DNA of 60,789 nucleotides from Streptococcus mitis (GTDB lineage Bacteria; Bacillota; Bacilli; Lactobacillales; Streptococcaceae): NCBI RefSeq assembly GCF_003942695.1, contig NZ_RJNU01000011.1, positions 1 to 60,789 of the forward strand, read 5' to 3'. Shown piece by piece: positions 60,754 to 60,789 of this stretch (position 1 is its first letter; each line of letters starts with the position of its first letter). The notes under the pieces were generated by a model. It saw only the letters and a program-made list of their open reading frames with translations, ran no database searches and was not told where the DNA came from. The position numbers and the translations under genes were made by a program.

Positions 60754-60789
60754 ACTATCACACCTTTTCAAAGTAATAAACTTTATAAA

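Overview
This 60.8-kb window looks like a chromosomal segment from a mitis-group Streptococcus close to S. pneumoniae. Most of the coding density is on the minus strand. I found no rRNA, CRISPR array or IS/transposon.

Genes in window order:
- **Sugar utilisation:** the tagatose-6-phosphate genes lacD (partial), lacC, lacB and lacA, then an aldose 1-epimerase and galactitol-type PTS IIC/IIB/IIA genes with a perfect cre box.
- **Phosphorylcholine teichoic acid locus:** tarI-tarJ-licA-licB-licC (lic1), preceded by an exact CiaR-type TTTAAG-N5-TTTAAG direct repeat.
- **Iron uptake and Tat:** a Tat-dependent efeO-efeB-efeU cluster with tatC-tatA, divergent from a VIT-family metal transporter gene.
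- **Peptide-resistance ABC transporters:** a BceAB-like transporter preceded by a co-transcribed 36-codon ORF and a perfect TTACA-N4-TGTAA inverted repeat (the BceR-family operator motif), divergent from a DUF1430-type permease/ATPase pair.
- **Housekeeping block:** PspC-domain protein, SprT-like protein, Tex, and a 43-aa micro-ORF coupled to a YraQ/TIGR03943 permease pair.
- **Type I restriction-modification island (tvr-like):** hsdM-hsdS, a Phd/Doc toxin-antitoxin pair, a tyrosine recombinase, a silent hsdS' half-gene and hsdR. hsdM carries an in-frame TGA. 51- and 68-bp direct repeats flank the exchangeable specificity (target-recognition) domain.
- **Uncharacterised module after hsdR:** a PF10127-like nucleotidyltransferase, a zinc-ribbon protein and a TPR protein, apparently co-transcribed with hsdR.
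- **Housekeeping and stress genes:** ribF, smc, rnc, tRNA-Arg(CCG), guaC, and a YdjGHI-like module (SPFH protein with a triple zinc-ribbon tail, zinc-ribbon membrane protein, double-TPM protein, lipoprotein) preceded by about 700 bp of unexplained non-coding DNA.
- **Leucine operon and end of window:** YrdC-like gene, leuD, leuC, a DUF1294 gene, leuB and leuA, with a leader-peptide attenuator (MKTAKFNQFALLLRYSG plus a terminator/antiterminator pair), then yjbR-like, cutC, ybaN-like and topA.

The candidates I rate most novel are the hsdR-linked nucleotidyltransferase/zinc-ribbon/TPR module, a stand-alone 16-codon aromatic micro-ORF with its own promoter, ribosome-binding site and palindrome, and the micro-ORFs and RNA switch between the two ABC transporters.

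The ORF track appears to allow TTG/GTG starts, so I adjusted several starts to ATG/GTG codons that have a ribosome-binding site.
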